Source of the DNA: Octopus sinensis
Lineage: Eukaryota
Direction: 5' to 3'
Assembly: GCF_006345805.1 (NCBI RefSeq)
Contig: NC_042997.1
Coordinates: 199,144,001-199,208,000 of the forward strand
Length of the DNA: 64,000 nt
The translations under genes and the position numbers were made by a program. A model generated the notes under the pieces. It worked only from the letters and a program-made list of their open reading frames with translations. It searched no databases and was not told where the DNA came from. Positions 24,713 to 39,202 of the stretch are shown here, in pieces; the stretch's first letter is position 1, and every line of letters starts with the position of its first letter.

Positions 24713-25216
24713 TGTAAATCCTCGAGTATAATCCGTTTTTTTTTCCCCAAATTGAAAGGTCAAAATCCCTATATACGAGGTTAAAAATGAAAAATATTTT
24801 CTAAGCAATGCCTGAGTCTCTATTTGCTGTTCATCAATGTTTATTCAGGCGCATTTTGTGATGTCGGGCGCGAAAATACCTAAAGCTAAGCCTGAAAGTA
24901 ATGAAGTCATAAAAGAATCATCCATAACTTGCAGCAAGCAACATTTATTAAATGTTATTACTGTTATTTCTTTATTTTCTGCAAACAAAATGCACAAAAA
25001 ATCTACACGTTTGCATTATGTTATATGTACAATAATAATAAAGGACGTTACCGTATACATTTTTACAAACCAAAGACGTTATATAGACCTCTTTGACTCA
25101 AGTTAGAGAAAGGGGTGTGTATTATACACAAGGTTTAGGTTTTTCAGAGATACAGCCCCCTAAAAATCCCCTGCATATTATACTCAAGGGTGGACTATAC
25201 TTGTTGATTTACGGTA
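24710..25216. mobile_element. pogo/Tigger-like MITE
   Basis: TA|CTGTAAATCCTCGAGTATA ... TATACTTGTTGATTTACGG|TA imperfect terminal inverted repeats with TA flanks. A related right end lies at about 1880-1906. Confidence 0.65.
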
Positions 25217-25625
25217 TATATACACACACACACACACACATATGAATATACACACACGCATATATGTATATATACATATATACACATACACACTTAATTC
25301 TTTTGATGCCAACCCACCTGTAGCCTGCCCTGATTGTGAAACCAACTTTTTGTTTTCAAGTAATCTCCATCAAATTTTATGTTAGTTTTTATTTCAAATA
25401 CCAGCTCAATAAGGAAAAAGGTTATTTTACTAAATTTTACAGTGCATTTCAACAGAAATATGGTAATAAAAGGGATGCACAAATTTGTAACATGTCAATC
25501 ATAAAATATAATGATTAACTCCTTTTTAGAAACCAAATTATGTATCTGCCAAGAAATCAGTTATGTATGCACTGTAGTTGATACATTCGCTCCAGCCTGC
25601 GTTTCGTGTGTTGAACTAGTAACTA

Positions 25626-25945
25626 CATCATCATCATCGTTTAACATCCGTTTTCCATGCTAGCATGGGTTGGATGGTTTGACCGGGGTCTGGGAAGCCA
25701 GGAGGCTGCACCAGGCTCCAGTCTGATCTAACAATGTTTATACAGCTGGATGTCCTTCCTAACGCCAACTACTCCATGAGTGTAGTGGGTGTTTTTTACA
25801 TGCCACTGGCACAGGGGCCAGAGGAGGCTGGCAAACAGCCACGATTGGTTGGTGCTTTTTATGTGTCACCGACATGGATGCCAGTCAGGCGGTGCTGGCA
25901 TCAGCCACATCCGGATGGTGCTTTTTACATGTCACTGGCATGGGT
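25626..25945 (-). mobile_element. RTE-3'UTR-type short repeat with two internal units
   Basis: Matches 54016-54368. Confidence 0.8.
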
Positions 25946-27983
25946 ATCTTAACTAATGGTCATAAATTCAGATCTTACACTTATCAATCACTGAGTTGGG
26001 CTCCTGAGAAAAGGTATCTAACCACACCTGACACAGAAGAGAGTCTATGTGAGAGTTTGATAAATTCTGATGTCACACAAAGTGTAGAAAGTAACTTTAT
26101 GTGAGAGGCAAGTTTTGTAAAAGTGTGAAAAAGTAAAAAAAAAAAAAAAAAATTAAAAAAAAAAAAAAAGTCACCACTTTAACTTTATGGCTGAGTGGTC
26201 AGTTTGACAACTGACCCAGCTGGTAAATCATCCTATTATTGCAAGTATGGAAAAAATAGATATAAAACAATGAAAAGCCTAACTATACACACCCACACAC
26301 ATGCACATGTGTGCTCACACACACACACACACATATATATATATAAGATTTTTAAAAAATAGTTTAAAGATGAGAAATACAATCTTGATATTGATTAGAA
26401 ACACATGGTGTTATTCACACATTTCATTAGTTTTTTTCTCTTACAATAAAACAGTTTCTAAAAATGATGTGATTTGGATATTTTCTAATGTAGGTTGTCA
26501 CTAGAATCTTTAAAATTACTGCTTTATCGTTCATTTTATGCTTGCAAGTGTTGCAGAGATAAGTTTATTCCAAGAACTTTATTATTGCTATTTTTGTTTT
26601 TATTTCCCAGTAACTAGTTGTTATTTTTAAGGCTGACTATTTTTGTCAGAAAATACACTGACTGTTTTCTTCAGAACCTCTCCCTATTAGAAGTGACTTC
26701 ATTGGCTGAAATCTTTAGTTCCTTGGCTTTTACTTGACTCACTAGTTTCCCAAGCAAAGGCATTATTGTATTGTCTGATTAAAGATATAGTTTAATTCTC
26801 AAAGATTCTTCATTATGTTCTGCATTTAGCAAGTCATATCAGTAATTATTTAGATTTGTTAATTCTACTATTTGCCTTTCAGCTTCTACTTAAAATTCTT
26901 CAAAATAATTCATAAAATTTCATAATATTTTAATTTCTATCATATCTCAATTTTTACTCAATAATCTTTTTTTTTTTTAAGTATTACTCAATAAGAAACT
27001 TTCTCATCAATTCATGTCTTGGAAAAACACTAGTTGAATCTAATGTTAATTTTAAAAATCATGGCTGTATGTTAGATTAGTAATTATTAAATGATAAGGT
27101 GTACAAAAGTCTAAATGATTTTATGTACAATCAAAATGGTTTATATTTTTTAAATTTATGTTTATATCATATCACTAATCCTCTGCTGTACCTATTCTCA
27201 GTAAACTAATTTTTATTTGAATCAATTTAAATAACTTTTTTTTAAATGGATAAATTCATGTTAGAGTAAAACAATAATTCTGATATTTATAATTATGTAA
27301 GGAAGAAAAAAATATTTTTGGTATTTACAACCACTAGGTGCAGATAAACCTGTGATAATAAAATACTTATTTTACTTAAATTGTTTGTTTTCTTAACAGT
27401 TCCTTTCTAAAGTGTGCAAGTTTAAAAACTTGATAAAAATTTAGGACCCTCATTTAGAAAGGATTAAATATCTGTAATCCCCTGATTCTGGATATCTTAA
27501 AAAATAAAAAAAAGCAAAACAAATCACGACTATTCTCCAAAATTACTCTAATCTTTAGGTACTAATCTAATTATGCTGGAAATACAAAAGAAAATTTAAA
27601 AATCAACAGTAAAGAACATACATTCTGTGTCTTACATTTACAAAACATTAGCATAGTTTACATTCTTGCCTACTTTTCCATTTTCCTCTCTACTACCTGC
27701 TAGATTATTTAAACATATTTAGAAATTTTAAACTCTTTATTGTTTGTATTTTGATAGAGCTTATATCCTTCTATACTCATTTTATAGCATTTTCTTTAAA
27801 CCTTATACTATTTCTACATGATTTAATAACAGATGTTTATTTTTGTGGTCTGAAATTCTTAATCAAAGATAGTCTTGTTAAAAGTAATAATGACTGTTTG
27901 GTAAATGTCTCATGCCAGTAGACTAGATTACACTTAGTAAATCACTAGTTAAATAGTTTCCTTTCTAACATAGTCTTTCATAG

Positions 27984-28062
27984 ATGCCATCAGTTGTTAC
28001 TTCGGAATAAATGATAGCAGCTCTGAAAGTCCTGGGTGGAATACTATTTCAGAAAGAAGACA
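27984..28062 (+). CDS. candidate internal exon of an unidentified gene
   Basis: GTCTTTCATAG acceptor and ACA|GTAAGA donor; one open frame, xAISCYFGINDSSSESPGWNTISERR. No homology evidence available. Confidence 0.3.
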
Positions 28063-29012
28063 GTAAGATACTCTAGATGTAAAAGAATGAGAGGGAGAAA
28101 GACAGAGAAGAAGAATGGAAGAAAACTGGCAGCTGCTGTTTATGTATCTGCCTGGTTATCAAGGCTTGCTTGCTGGCTGGCTGGCTGGCTGGCTATGGAT
28201 TTGCCTCTTTCCTCCATAGCTTCACTCATCAATATATACTGGTTTGTAGTTTGACTGTGACAGCCTGTGTGACAATACATATACACAACTGGATCATTTG
28301 TCACATTTTCCCCTCTTTTTTTTTCTATTTTTTTTTTCTCCCACTAGAGTTTGGGAACAGATTTTCTCCCCCAAATGTGTGAAATGTAAACAATTCCAGA
28401 CATTTACTCACCAATACAAACGCTATTTATTTATTTACTTATTTATTTATTTGTGTTATTCCTGTTGCAGTTACTTTTGTTCCTCACTTTCTTCTTCTCT
28501 CCTTCCAACACACATGGCTGTATTGCTGTGCTAGCTACTCATTCTTCAGCACTAAGCTGGTGACACCTATATGTTCAGTGTAACATAAACCATGGGGCCT
28601 TCAAATTGTGTATTAGAAAATGTACTCATGGCCAAATAGTCAGTTGGTTGTCATGGTTGCATTTCAGGAATTACCATTTTTAAAGAATTCATTTACTAGA
28701 AAATCACCCTTCTTCCTCTAATACTATGTGAAGGAATTCACAGAATACATTGTTATCCTTGTTCCTATCCATACTGTTGATTTTTTTTTTCTTACTTTAT
28801 TCTTTCATGTCATGGAAATATGTGAAATCTAAATATTATCATGTGAATATTTTGTTAAAAAATTACAAACACCTGGAAAATTTCACCATGTCAACAAAAC
28901 CCCAATTCAACATAGCGTACAAGTAAGGATTTTACTGAGATCAAAAGGTTGTGCGAGTCTTGAGATTTTTTTTACCATTCTCAAATGCTTCCAGCTGGTC
29001 AAATTTGTTATA

Positions 29013-29109
29013 ATGGATACGAAAAGTAAAACAGACAGGCCACGGATATATGTATCTAACAAGACAAACCGTGTTGTCCTTTTATTTCCCAATGGGGAAA
29101 TGGTTGAAG
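29013..29109 (+). CDS. candidate first coding exon
   Basis: ATAATGG start context; MDTKSKTDRPRIYVSNKTNRVVLLFPNGEMVE; G|GTAGGA donor (phase 1). Confidence 0.2.
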
Positions 29110-29379
29110 GTAGGAATCCTTAAATTATTATAAATCTCAAAATGTGAATAGCCGTGTTGTTTATAATATACATGATTTGATTTACATATCTCTTTATATC
29201 TCTATCTTTCTATATCTTGATCTATCTACGTACATACCTTTTTGGTACACCTGCTTATCTGTATACTTATCTATCTATTTATCTAAATACCTGTTTATAT
29301 ATCTGTCTATACAACAGCCTATCTATTAATCAAATAAATGCACAAATATGTATAACATGCATATGTGAATGTGTGAGTT

Positions 29380-29394
29380 AATATGTCAGTGCAG

Positions 29395-29441
<47 letters not shown>

Positions 29442-30049
29442 ATATACATACATACATATACATAATGTCAGTGTATGCACACAGATATACACATACACTA
29501 CACACATATATATACACACACACATATATATATATACACACATACATACACATACATATATGTATATGTACATATAAATCATACATCTGCGTACTCAATC
29601 ACACGTGTGTGTGTGTATATATATATATATATATCCTTGGCATCATGTTTTTATTTTGATTAATATATATATATATATACTCATACACACACGTGTGTGT
29701 GTTTGTACAAATATATACATAGCTGTACATATATACATACATATGTATATATAGGTACACCTATATATATATATATATTTGTGCATATATGCATTTAGTA
29801 TGTATATATATGTATACCTATATATCTATTTATCTGTCTATCTATCTATCTATCTATCAGTTTATACACACAAATGTATATATATGTATGTGTGTGTCCG
29901 TGTGTGTATATGTATGTATGTGTGTGTGAGTGTCTGCATATATGTGTGTATATGCCTATACAGAGAAATATAGATTTATGTGTATGTCCATGTGTATATG
30001 CGTGTGTGCAAATATATACATATATATATGTATGTATATATATTCATAT

Positions 30050-30080
<31 letters not shown>

Positions 30081-30185
30081 TTAGGTATATATTTATGTGT
30101 GTACATGTGTATGTATGTGTGTGTGTGTATGTGTACACACATGCACACACATACAAACAGAAAGTATGAGAGAGAGAGAGAGAGA
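29380..30185. repeat. long compound TA/CA/TG/CTAT/GA microsatellite block
   Basis: Direct reading. Confidence 0.9.
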
Positions 30186-31146
30186 GCAACTTTTGCCAAG
30201 ACTTATCCTACTGTTTGTAGTTCAACTGCAACAGGTGGATTGAAGCATAGCAGTATTTATTTTACATTTTCCTTATTTTCTAATAGAAAAATTTTGAATA
30301 TATTTGATTTTAGTTTGAAATAAACTTTTGTTTAACATTTTCGTAATATGTTTCACTGCAAAAACAAATGCATAAATTCATAAAATTATCAATACAATCT
30401 TCCTGAAATCATTAAGGAAGGAAGCTTTGTAAAATGTTGCCGGCTACCTGAGCTGGATCTTATCAGCAAGTTCTAGAGCATTAAGTATTTTGGAGATCTC
30501 TCTCTCTCTCTCCTTAAGCGGGCTGATAATTAATTGCTGTTGATTTTTTTTCTTTTTTTTTTACAGCAACTGATTTAGTAATATTTGAACTTAAGGCTAT
30601 GGACAAGCTAACTGCTAAGTCAAATATTCTGTCAAGATAATATCTATCAAAGTTTCTTTCCGCCTTTATTTGATCTAGAACTTATTTTCTTGATTCGTAA
30701 ATTACGAAGGGTTATATCACCCTTAGCAAAGTTTGAACCAAACAACTATAGAGTCTAAACTCGTTACCAACAAGTGTCTTTATCTCTACTTACTTGGCTA
30801 CCTTTGTCAATTGCTAGCTGCTCTATGATGTCATACTGACTCTAGAATGTTGTACTATAATGGTTCATATTCCTTTCTTTAGATAGACATAAAGTAGGGA
30901 TTTTCAGGGAAGTGGGGAAACAAGAATTTGGATATGTAGGTATTTTCCAAACATAGTGAGATACACACTAATGGAAATAGTCCCAAACAAGGACCCAAAC
31001 CAAATTGCACACTTAAACTGCTAAAAGCACCTCCATTTCTCCACGTTACTTATCTTCAATTTGTACTGCATAATTTTTATGAACACTTAAATTAATAATA
31101 TTTATGTTTTTACATAAAATTAATTTCTTTCATTGATTTTTTTCTC

Positions 31147-31204
<58 letters not shown>

Positions 31205-33218
31205 TTTCTGACCATATTTCTCTTTGTCTTTAATATTTGGAACAATTTAGATATAAATAGCTTACTTTTTAAACAATTATTCTTTGATCTATTAAGCTAC
31301 ATCATTTGTTCTGAAATTGGAATATTTCCCCTTATCAGTCTCATTTCTTTCATTTTCTCTCCTTATAACAGTCATTCACTGAGTGACCTCTCTCTCTTCT
31401 TCTTCCTTCATTTCTCTTCTTTTTTTCTTTTGTTTTCTTCTTTCAGACATATTTATATTACACACATGGAAAAAGGATACTTTCAATGTTTTGATAAAAT
31501 TACATCATTTTGCGTTTTATTTCTTTTGATGGATTTTAAAAATGTTTTGCTTAAGTTTCACACAACTTCAGCAAATGCTTTAAACTCTAAAAAATATTTG
31601 GTCAACTAAAGAATTCTTTGATTTCAGTTGCATTTTTCCATCATTTCTATTTTCATATTTTTTATTTAGAACATAATTATTTACAATATAAATATATTGT
31701 TACCAGATATTAGTTGAAATAAACTTTTTATTTTATTTTCATTTTATGCTCACTTAGTGTTTAAAAGTAATAACAAGTTAAAGTTCTCTTTATTTGATGC
31801 AGACTTTTCCACTTTACTGATTATTTCTGATTCTCAAAGATTTATATTAAATGACGGAGTACTAATATAAGATAAGTTTGTTTTTTTCCTTAGAACAAGG
31901 ACCGTCTCTTCTGTACTACACATGGTTCTTTGTTCAACATTTTTTTAAAATCCCAGTCAGAGACAAACAAGATATTGTGTGTGTGTGTGCGTGCGTGTGT
32001 ATGTGTGTGTATGTATGTGTGTATGTGTACACGTGTATGCATGTGCGCATGCGTGCATGGAAAAAATAAAGTTCTATTAATGGCTAGGTGAATATTATTT
32101 TAGTTATTTTCATAGATGTAAACAATTGCTCAGGATATTTTTAGTTAGTTATATACAAACACATTTTTTTTTAATTTTAAAAATTTACTTATTTCTTCAT
32201 GCCTAATTTTAATTTCAATTTCATTAAGATGTGAAATAATGATCCACTTTATTGAGATGTTCAACTTTTGTTAGCCTCTGCTATCACAAATATTTCTTTT
32301 ACTATATAATACTTATCATTAAAGACTTTTTACCTGGGGTTCTAATTTAAATAATTAAAAAGCCATTATTAATAATAGTGTAATTGATTTTTTAATTGCA
32401 CTGTTTGCTTTTAAGTTTTCATTTATCTGTCTTTAAAGAACAAACGGTATCATAAGCTTACATTAAAAGTAAAATTCATTGTAGCCATATGGTTCAAATG
32501 GGTTGCATTATATTGATAATAGTAACAGGTAAAAGTAATTTGTACAATATATAATACATTGGTTTTATTTTTCATCAACAATAGTTCACCTGGCAGGTAT
32601 GGAGGATAATTTACCATGTATACAATAAAAACAGATAAAAACAAAAACATGTGCATTCACTGGGAACATTAAAATAGATTTATGTAAAGAAAATAGCTTT
32701 ATTGGGACACGGATCATTAATATCACCTATTTGTAACATAAAATTGATTAGGAACAAAAAATCAGAAATCAATTATTACTTACATTAAAATATCCCTTCC
32801 ATATGTTTTTTCAGCAATTCCTGATCAAAAGTATTTAGTCTTTTGTTTTGTTGTTTTTTTGTTTGGAATAATGGAAAAGGAAACTATTAATTGAATATAT
32901 CAAATTGTAACCAAGGTAATAACTAATGCATATACAATACTCATTGTAAATATCACATGCAAATTATGTTGTGCACATGCAACGTATACATAGTGATAGT
33001 ATTTATAATATAGTACACATCTTTAAAATCTTTCATAAAGAAATTGTGTTATAACCAAATAGTCTTGATAGAAATAATAAGTTTCAAAATGATAAAATCA
33101 AGATGAAGATTTCTTTTGAAGTAAGCTAGACATAGAAGCACAACACTGTTCTGGTACCCACTTTTAATACCAAATTAGCAATATAAATGAAACAATTCTA
33201 CCTAAAACTACTTTTAAT

Positions 33219-33278
<60 letters not shown>

Positions 33279-33281
<3 letters not shown>

Positions 33282-33460
33282 AGAGTTTACGAAAAAACAA
33301 AAGACGAAGACAGGTGGTGTACAAAACAAACAGATGTATTAGTATAACGCTCAGGAATAGAAAAAGTCTTTTACGTTTCGAGCCTTCGCTCTTCTACAGA
33401 AAGGGACACAGAAAAAATAAGAAGAGAAAAAAATGTGTGTAGTGGCTAACGATCTATCAT
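33279..33460 (-). mobile_element. short insert at (TA)n carrying a variant minimal hammerhead motif
   Basis: Minus strand CTTT-CTGTAGA-A-GAGC gaag GCTC-GAAA-CGTA-AAAG (33366-33408). The 3' end joins (TA)n. Confidence 0.55.
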
Positions 33461-34659
33461 GTATATATATAGAAAGAGAGAGAGAGAGAGGTGTGTATCA
33501 TTACATGGAACTTTGTGTCTTGTTGTGTTAATGGTACAGTTACTGATTTTAACAGATTTAAAAACATTACTTTAAAACTAAGTGCTCGAGTAATTTATTT
33601 CCATGTGGGGAGATTTGATCTCAACACAATAAATCACCAAATTACTCGTCTCTTTCTAGCTAACTCAGGAATCTCTTACTTTTATTTGCCTTGCTAGGGA
33701 AATTAGTTACTTGCCTCTGACATAATATATTGTCCATTGAGCAATTGCATTTCCTTAAATAACAAATAAGATTACGTTTATTGCCCATCATCGTTTGCTT
33801 TAAATCCAGATATGTTGTGTTTTTCTAAAGGCATTTAGTCCTTGTTAACTTAATCTTTTGCGTTGGAACATTAGTACGGATTTCATTTTATCAAAGAAGA
33901 TTGGCGCTTGTAAGATTTGACTACGAAATGGTGTTGGTATAACTATGAAATAGTTACATCTATGTCATTAGATAAAACTAAAACTTGTTTAATGAAAACT
34001 GAAATAGAAAATTGAATGCAAAATAAGATAATAAATTGAAAGATGATTACTTAAAATTCTTATAATTAAACGCATATTTAATTTTGTGACCACTAAAGAT
34101 CTGATAAGTATGTAAACAGGAAATGCTTTAAATTAATTGATGAGAAAATAATAATGGTGTAGTGTGTGTTTGTATTCTATTCAATTCTCCCTGTGAAATT
34201 TCTCTCTACTCATTAGTATATTTGACTTCATTATTATATTTTCAAATTATAATGTGTTCTTGTGCCATATTTCTACGTATTACAAATCCTTGAATTAGTA
34301 TTGAACGCCTAAATAACTATTGTAATAGAGGATTTCAATGTCTTATAGTTTGTTGTTGGTCATGAATTTGTGCCTCGTTATCTAATATCAGTCAGCTCCT
34401 ATTCGAGTAATGGTTCTCAACTGGCAGCCACGTGGCCCTTGGGTGTCCATAAAAGGCTTTGTTGTTAAAATTTATGTGCAATAAATTGTTTATACTTCCA
34501 CAATACTACAATACGCCAAATATTTCTTTTATACAATTTCTAATAATTGCTAATCATAAAAACATAATAGGAGGTTTTAAATATCAAATGGCTATGGAAG
34601 TCCACCTGAGAAAAATAGGAATCAAAGGTAAAAAGTGGTTGAGAACCACCGCATTAGAG

Positions 34660-35330
34660 ATTCTCTGAGCACCCATTCCTAGCCAGTGGATACAATAATT
34701 CAAGCAAGGTAAAAATGTTCACAGTTACCACAAGGAAACATATATGGAATCAGACTATTACACATGGCTCCTGATCAAAACTGGACTACAATTCTCCACA
34801 GTAGTTCATCTTAAGCTGTGCTCTCCTATGTTCTAATTCTGATGTTGGCTTTATTTGAGACCACTCTGTACTAGTGTCTTTAGCAGTAAACTGTTGCTAT
34901 CAGGTAGAATATCCACAGAGATTTCCTTGTTGGATCATCTTTATCCAAATTTCTTGACAGAAATTGGTTTGCAGAAAATGAAATGAGCAGCAACTATTTT
35001 GACCTCCTCAGTCTGAGAAGGGCCTAGGAAGTATGGATTTTAAGTTTAATCTAATTGCACGGCCCCTTGAACATTATTTTCCACCATAACTTTGTGAATT
35101 GGTACCACCTGTCTCTTGAGTGCCTTTAATGGAGTCCACCCTTCCAAAAAGTCTTCAGTACCCTATCGATGTTCTATTTTGTGTCAGCTTATGCCCCAAT
35201 ATTATGCATAAAAGGCAATAGTTACCCATATAAACATCTCTAATTCAATTATTTCCTTACACAAGGTTTCAGGTTTCAAGCTTTGGAGTTTTCAAGAGGG
35301 CGTTCTAGGAGAATTTGACATAGCATTTGA
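34660..35330 (-). pseudogene. possible highly decayed Ty3/gypsy integrase relic
   Basis: Fragments HSRDRWYQFTKLWWKIMFK and YPLARNGCSE weakly resemble the integrase H..G..WW and YHP..NG..ER motifs; many stops. Confidence 0.2.
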
Positions 35331-35400
35331 TCCTTAGAACTGCTTCAAACTTTGTTACACAGACGTTCATTTTCTAAATTCTGTCTTTACTTGCTTTTAA

Positions 35401-35622
35401 CCCTTTCATTACTGTATTTATTTTTAGATGCTCTGTGTTTCTTTCAATTAATTTTAAATATAACAAAGAATTTAGTAAAATAACTTAGTTATCATTCAGC
35501 TAGTGTTAGGAACATAAACTGTGACTAAGGTTTGGTGGAAGATTTTAATTCAAAACTTATGAAAACAAGACATTTGTACAACAGAGCCAGAGCCGCTTTC
35601 AGCTGGGTTGGTAACGAAAGGG
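35401..35622. mobile_element. piggyBac-type MITE
   Basis: TTAA|CCCTTTCATTAC ... GTAACGAAAGGG|TTAA; internally similar to 48990-49175. Confidence 0.8.
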
Positions 35623-36769
35623 TTAAATATAGCAACATGGAGTTGTTTAATTTCTTGATTTTACAAATACTTCCACATTTTTTTTCTTAATGCTTCAGAT
35701 TAAATACGATAGATCAAATAACGATTCTTCTCCTTTATGATAGCAAAACTTTTCAAACGTTAAAATGAAAGAAAATAGTTAGAGGTATATAAACATAAAT
35801 ATATAAACATGCAAATGTGTGTATATTCAATTTTTTTTGTTACAATTTTCATTATAGATAAATTGGTTCATTGGCACAATTAGCATTTAGCTGTGTACCA
35901 TTATGTTCTGAGTTCAAATCCTGCATAAGTTGATTCTGTTTTTTAGTGTTCAAGTTAGGTATTAGTTGAATACTAGCTCTTTTATTGTTAACTTCTTTTA
36001 GTCAATAGGTTGTCACTGGTGATGGTGGGGGTACTGTCTTGCAGGGTTTAGTCAAATCAGCCCTAGTTTTTATCTATAACCTTAGATGCTTATTTTTAGC
36101 AGCCTCTTTTGCTAAACTGTTGAATTACAGGGACATAAACACACCCATACTAGTTGTCAAGAGGCTAGGGGAAATCACAGATGCACACACACACACACAC
36201 AAACACATGAAGAAGAACAACAACAGGCTTGATCAAGTTTGACGATACATCTGTCTCCCAAAATATGTGGCCCACTGCCAAAACTAGAAATCGTTGTTGT
36301 TGTTGTTGTTGATAGATAATACTTTACGCTTTACATTCTCAGCAAATTAAATATTTAATTCAGTTTGGGAGTGGAAACAATTTTACTTTCAACACAAATG
36401 TTCTTTTATTAATAAACAAAACGCTACAAGTTAGCACTTCCTTTGAGTGTCATGAAATGATCTCAGCAGGGTACACTCTGCTATCCTTTCGTCTTAGGTT
36501 GATGAAAATAAGTATTAACAACATTCAGCAGATGATTCAATCAGTTATGCCTTATCTTCAGAAAGGAGTGGGAGGTATAATGCTCAAGTGAGACAACCCT
36601 CTTCCCTCCCTCTTCTTCCTTACCATCACCATCGTTATAATTATTTATTATGCAAGCAAGAAAAAAAAAAACAGATTTTTTTTTTAGAAGGGAAGAGAGG
36701 CAACATTCAATTATATCAACTTCAGTACTTGACTGATATTTGATGAAAAAAAAAAGAAATCAAAATAAG

Positions 36770-37122
36770 AAACTACATCATCATCATTCTTCTTCTTCTT
36801 CTGCCCTCTTCTTCCTCCTCCTCACCTTCTTCTCCTCCTCCTCATCATCATTATTATTACTATCATCACCATCATCATCATTACTATCATCATCATCATT
36901 ATTATTATTACTATCATCATCATCATTACTTCTATTATTATTATTATTATTATTGTTATTATTACTACCATCATCATCATTACTATTACTATTACTATTA
37001 TTATTATTATTACTATCATCATCATCATTACTATTATTATTATTATTATCATCATCATTATTATTATTATTATTATCAATATTATTATTATCATCACTAC
37101 TATTATTATCATCATTATTATT
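36770..37122. repeat. (ATC)n/(ATT)n/(CTT)n trinucleotide block
   Basis: Direct reading; source of the poly-Leu, Ser and Ile ORFs. Confidence 0.95.
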
Positions 37123-37124
37123 TC

Positions 37125-37480
37125 TTTCATTCGCTCAGCGTTTTGTTGTTGTTCTGCCGGTATTGGATTGCTCGTTAGCAAGCTGCATCCTGCAGACTTC
37201 GTTATGTTGCACCTTTCTTACGGTTCTTGCTGTGCCAAGGAAATAGACTTTCTGTAGAGTCAGGAAATTCACCTCGATCTCCAACATCTTCAACCAATGA
37301 TTTCAACTTCTCATGACTGTTCCAAAGGTTCATATTACAATTACGATAACGACAACTTCGCAGCTATTCCAGATTCTCTGAAGTTCAAATTTTAGGTCCT
37401 GCTATTTTTTCACATTCCTTGCCTACCATTTTTCTATTAAAGAAGCATTGATTAAGCAATGAACTATTTCTTCTTTATTG
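37125..37480 (-). mobile_element. R4/Dong-like (RLE) non-LTR 3' fragment
   Basis: QDLKFELQRIWN..VVIVI..GTV...LQKVYFLGTARTVRKV. The 3' end runs into (AAT)n. Confidence 0.7.
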
Positions 37481-37671
37481 AGTATGGCACTATCAGGCTG
37501 TGAATGTGTTACTTGCCTGTCGCTTTGAAATTCCTCCACCTCCCCCCTTCTGTTGTTGTTATTTTACTTCTCAGAGTTCTTGGTCTCTGTGAGAGTGGAC
37601 AGCAACCTGTTGTCAGAGGGTCTCTTTCTGCAAATCATTACAATTATAATTTTTTAATTTTTTTTTATTTC

Positions 37672-37890
37672 TTAATTGCCCACAAGGGGCCAAACACAGA
37701 CAGAAAAACAAGGACAGACTAGGAAATTAAGTCGATTACATCGACCCCAGTGCATAACTGGTACTTAATTTATTGACCCCAAAAGGATGAAAGGCAAAGT
37801 TGACCTCGGCAGAATTTGAACTCAGAATGTAACGGCAGACGAAGTATCGCTAAGTATTCCGTCCAACGTGCTAACATTTCTGCCAGCTTG
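37672..37890 (-). mobile_element. SINE family B
   Basis: Family motifs present. Confidence 0.75.
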
Positions 37891-37891
37891 C

Positions 37892-38395
37892 TGAGAGAGT
37901 AGCACACACCATCAAAGTGGTGCTGGGGTACAAATATATGAAGCCTTGTATACCCATCATGACTGCTTTTCTGATAAGAGTACACAAGGCACATGCATCA
38001 CAACCACATGTGTATGATATGGTGACCTCATATCAAGATAAACAACGCATGACATTGAAGGTGGGGGTCCAGTTAGAATTTTCTTCAGGTCAAGCAGCCC
38101 ATCATGCTCAAAATGTCTCTGAGTAAAGGTTGTTTAAGGATGATGAATGAAACACCAATGGCTACGATGCACCCCCACTACTCCTGCTCATGATCAAAGA
38201 TGTACATATAGTCAGTCACTAAGAGACATGCTCAACTGGTTATGGCCAAGCAACTGACAAGCAAATATGCAATGCTGAGTGCAATATTTCGTGTAGCCCA
38301 TCTTTTACACCAAGACAAAGCAATGTACATGATAACACTTCCAATCAGTTAAGCTCAGAAGCCATGAGAACCACTGTCTGGTACTGCATCAGGGC
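37892..38395 (-). mobile_element. interspersed repeat family D (about 500-560 bp, no clear ORF)
   Basis: Co-linear with 46899-47548 and inverse at 59925-60190. The 46899 copy abuts (AAT)n, read as the tail. Confidence 0.75.
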
Positions 38396-38699
38396 TGCTG
38401 CTGCTGCTGCTCTTCTTCTTCTCATCATCATCATCTGTTTGGCTTTTGCTTTGTATTTGTACAAGTTGACTCAAGAGACAGCAAGTTAGAAGTTCAAGTT
38501 GGTGTTATGACTAGGGTGCCATATTTTTGGTTTTGCACAGAGTAATGTTCAAGAGAATGTCTGTCAAAACACAAGAAAATCAAAAGTTTGGTTTAAAAAT
38601 AATTTGATGATAAGATGACAGCAGAAGGTGTTTGCTATTATATACATTTAAAAGTACTTTTGATAATGTTTACAGATTAAAATATTTTTTGAATTATAT

Positions 38700-38975
38700 A
38701 GACAATGTTTTTGTAGGATATGAGCAGTTTCCATGAGGATTATTTTATGAATTTCTTCCATCTTTGGATTTCTTGGTAACAACCAACCCCTTTTGCTATC
38801 ATTCCTAGAGCACCAATGATGACAAGTATTATTTTAGTCTTGAGGCTCCACATTTTGCCAATTTCTATTTCAAGATCTTGATATTTGCTCAGATTTTGGT
38901 AGGTCTTGACAGATACATTTATGTCGATTGAGACAGTCAAATCAATGAAGAGGCATGCTTTCTGGATATTCGCCA
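38700..38975 (-). mobile_element. R4/Dong-like (RLE) non-LTR 3' fragment
   Basis: CLFIDLTVSIDINV..K..LSKYQDLEIEIGKMWSLKTKIILVIIGALGMI, then ETAHIL. Confidence 0.8.
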
Positions 38976-39202
38976 TTGAGAGGTTTATTATTATTATTTT
39001 CTTTGTTAGTTTCTGTTGCACCACCTGGAGCACCTCCATGTTCCTGAGGTGTGGGCTATGTTATGTTCTTACTTTTATGGGTATTTTTGTAGACTCATCA
39101 ATTTGCTTTACTATGGAGTTAAGTTTCTTGTTATATTCGTGTTCATTCTGTTGCATGTGTAATGTGAGTTGTGTTATTTTGTTGAGCCTTAATCTTGTAC
39201 AT

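Noticed and set aside
36740-37246. 168-aa Leu/Ser-rich and 119-aa Ile/Met-rich ORFs
   Set aside because: Translations of a trinucleotide repeat block.
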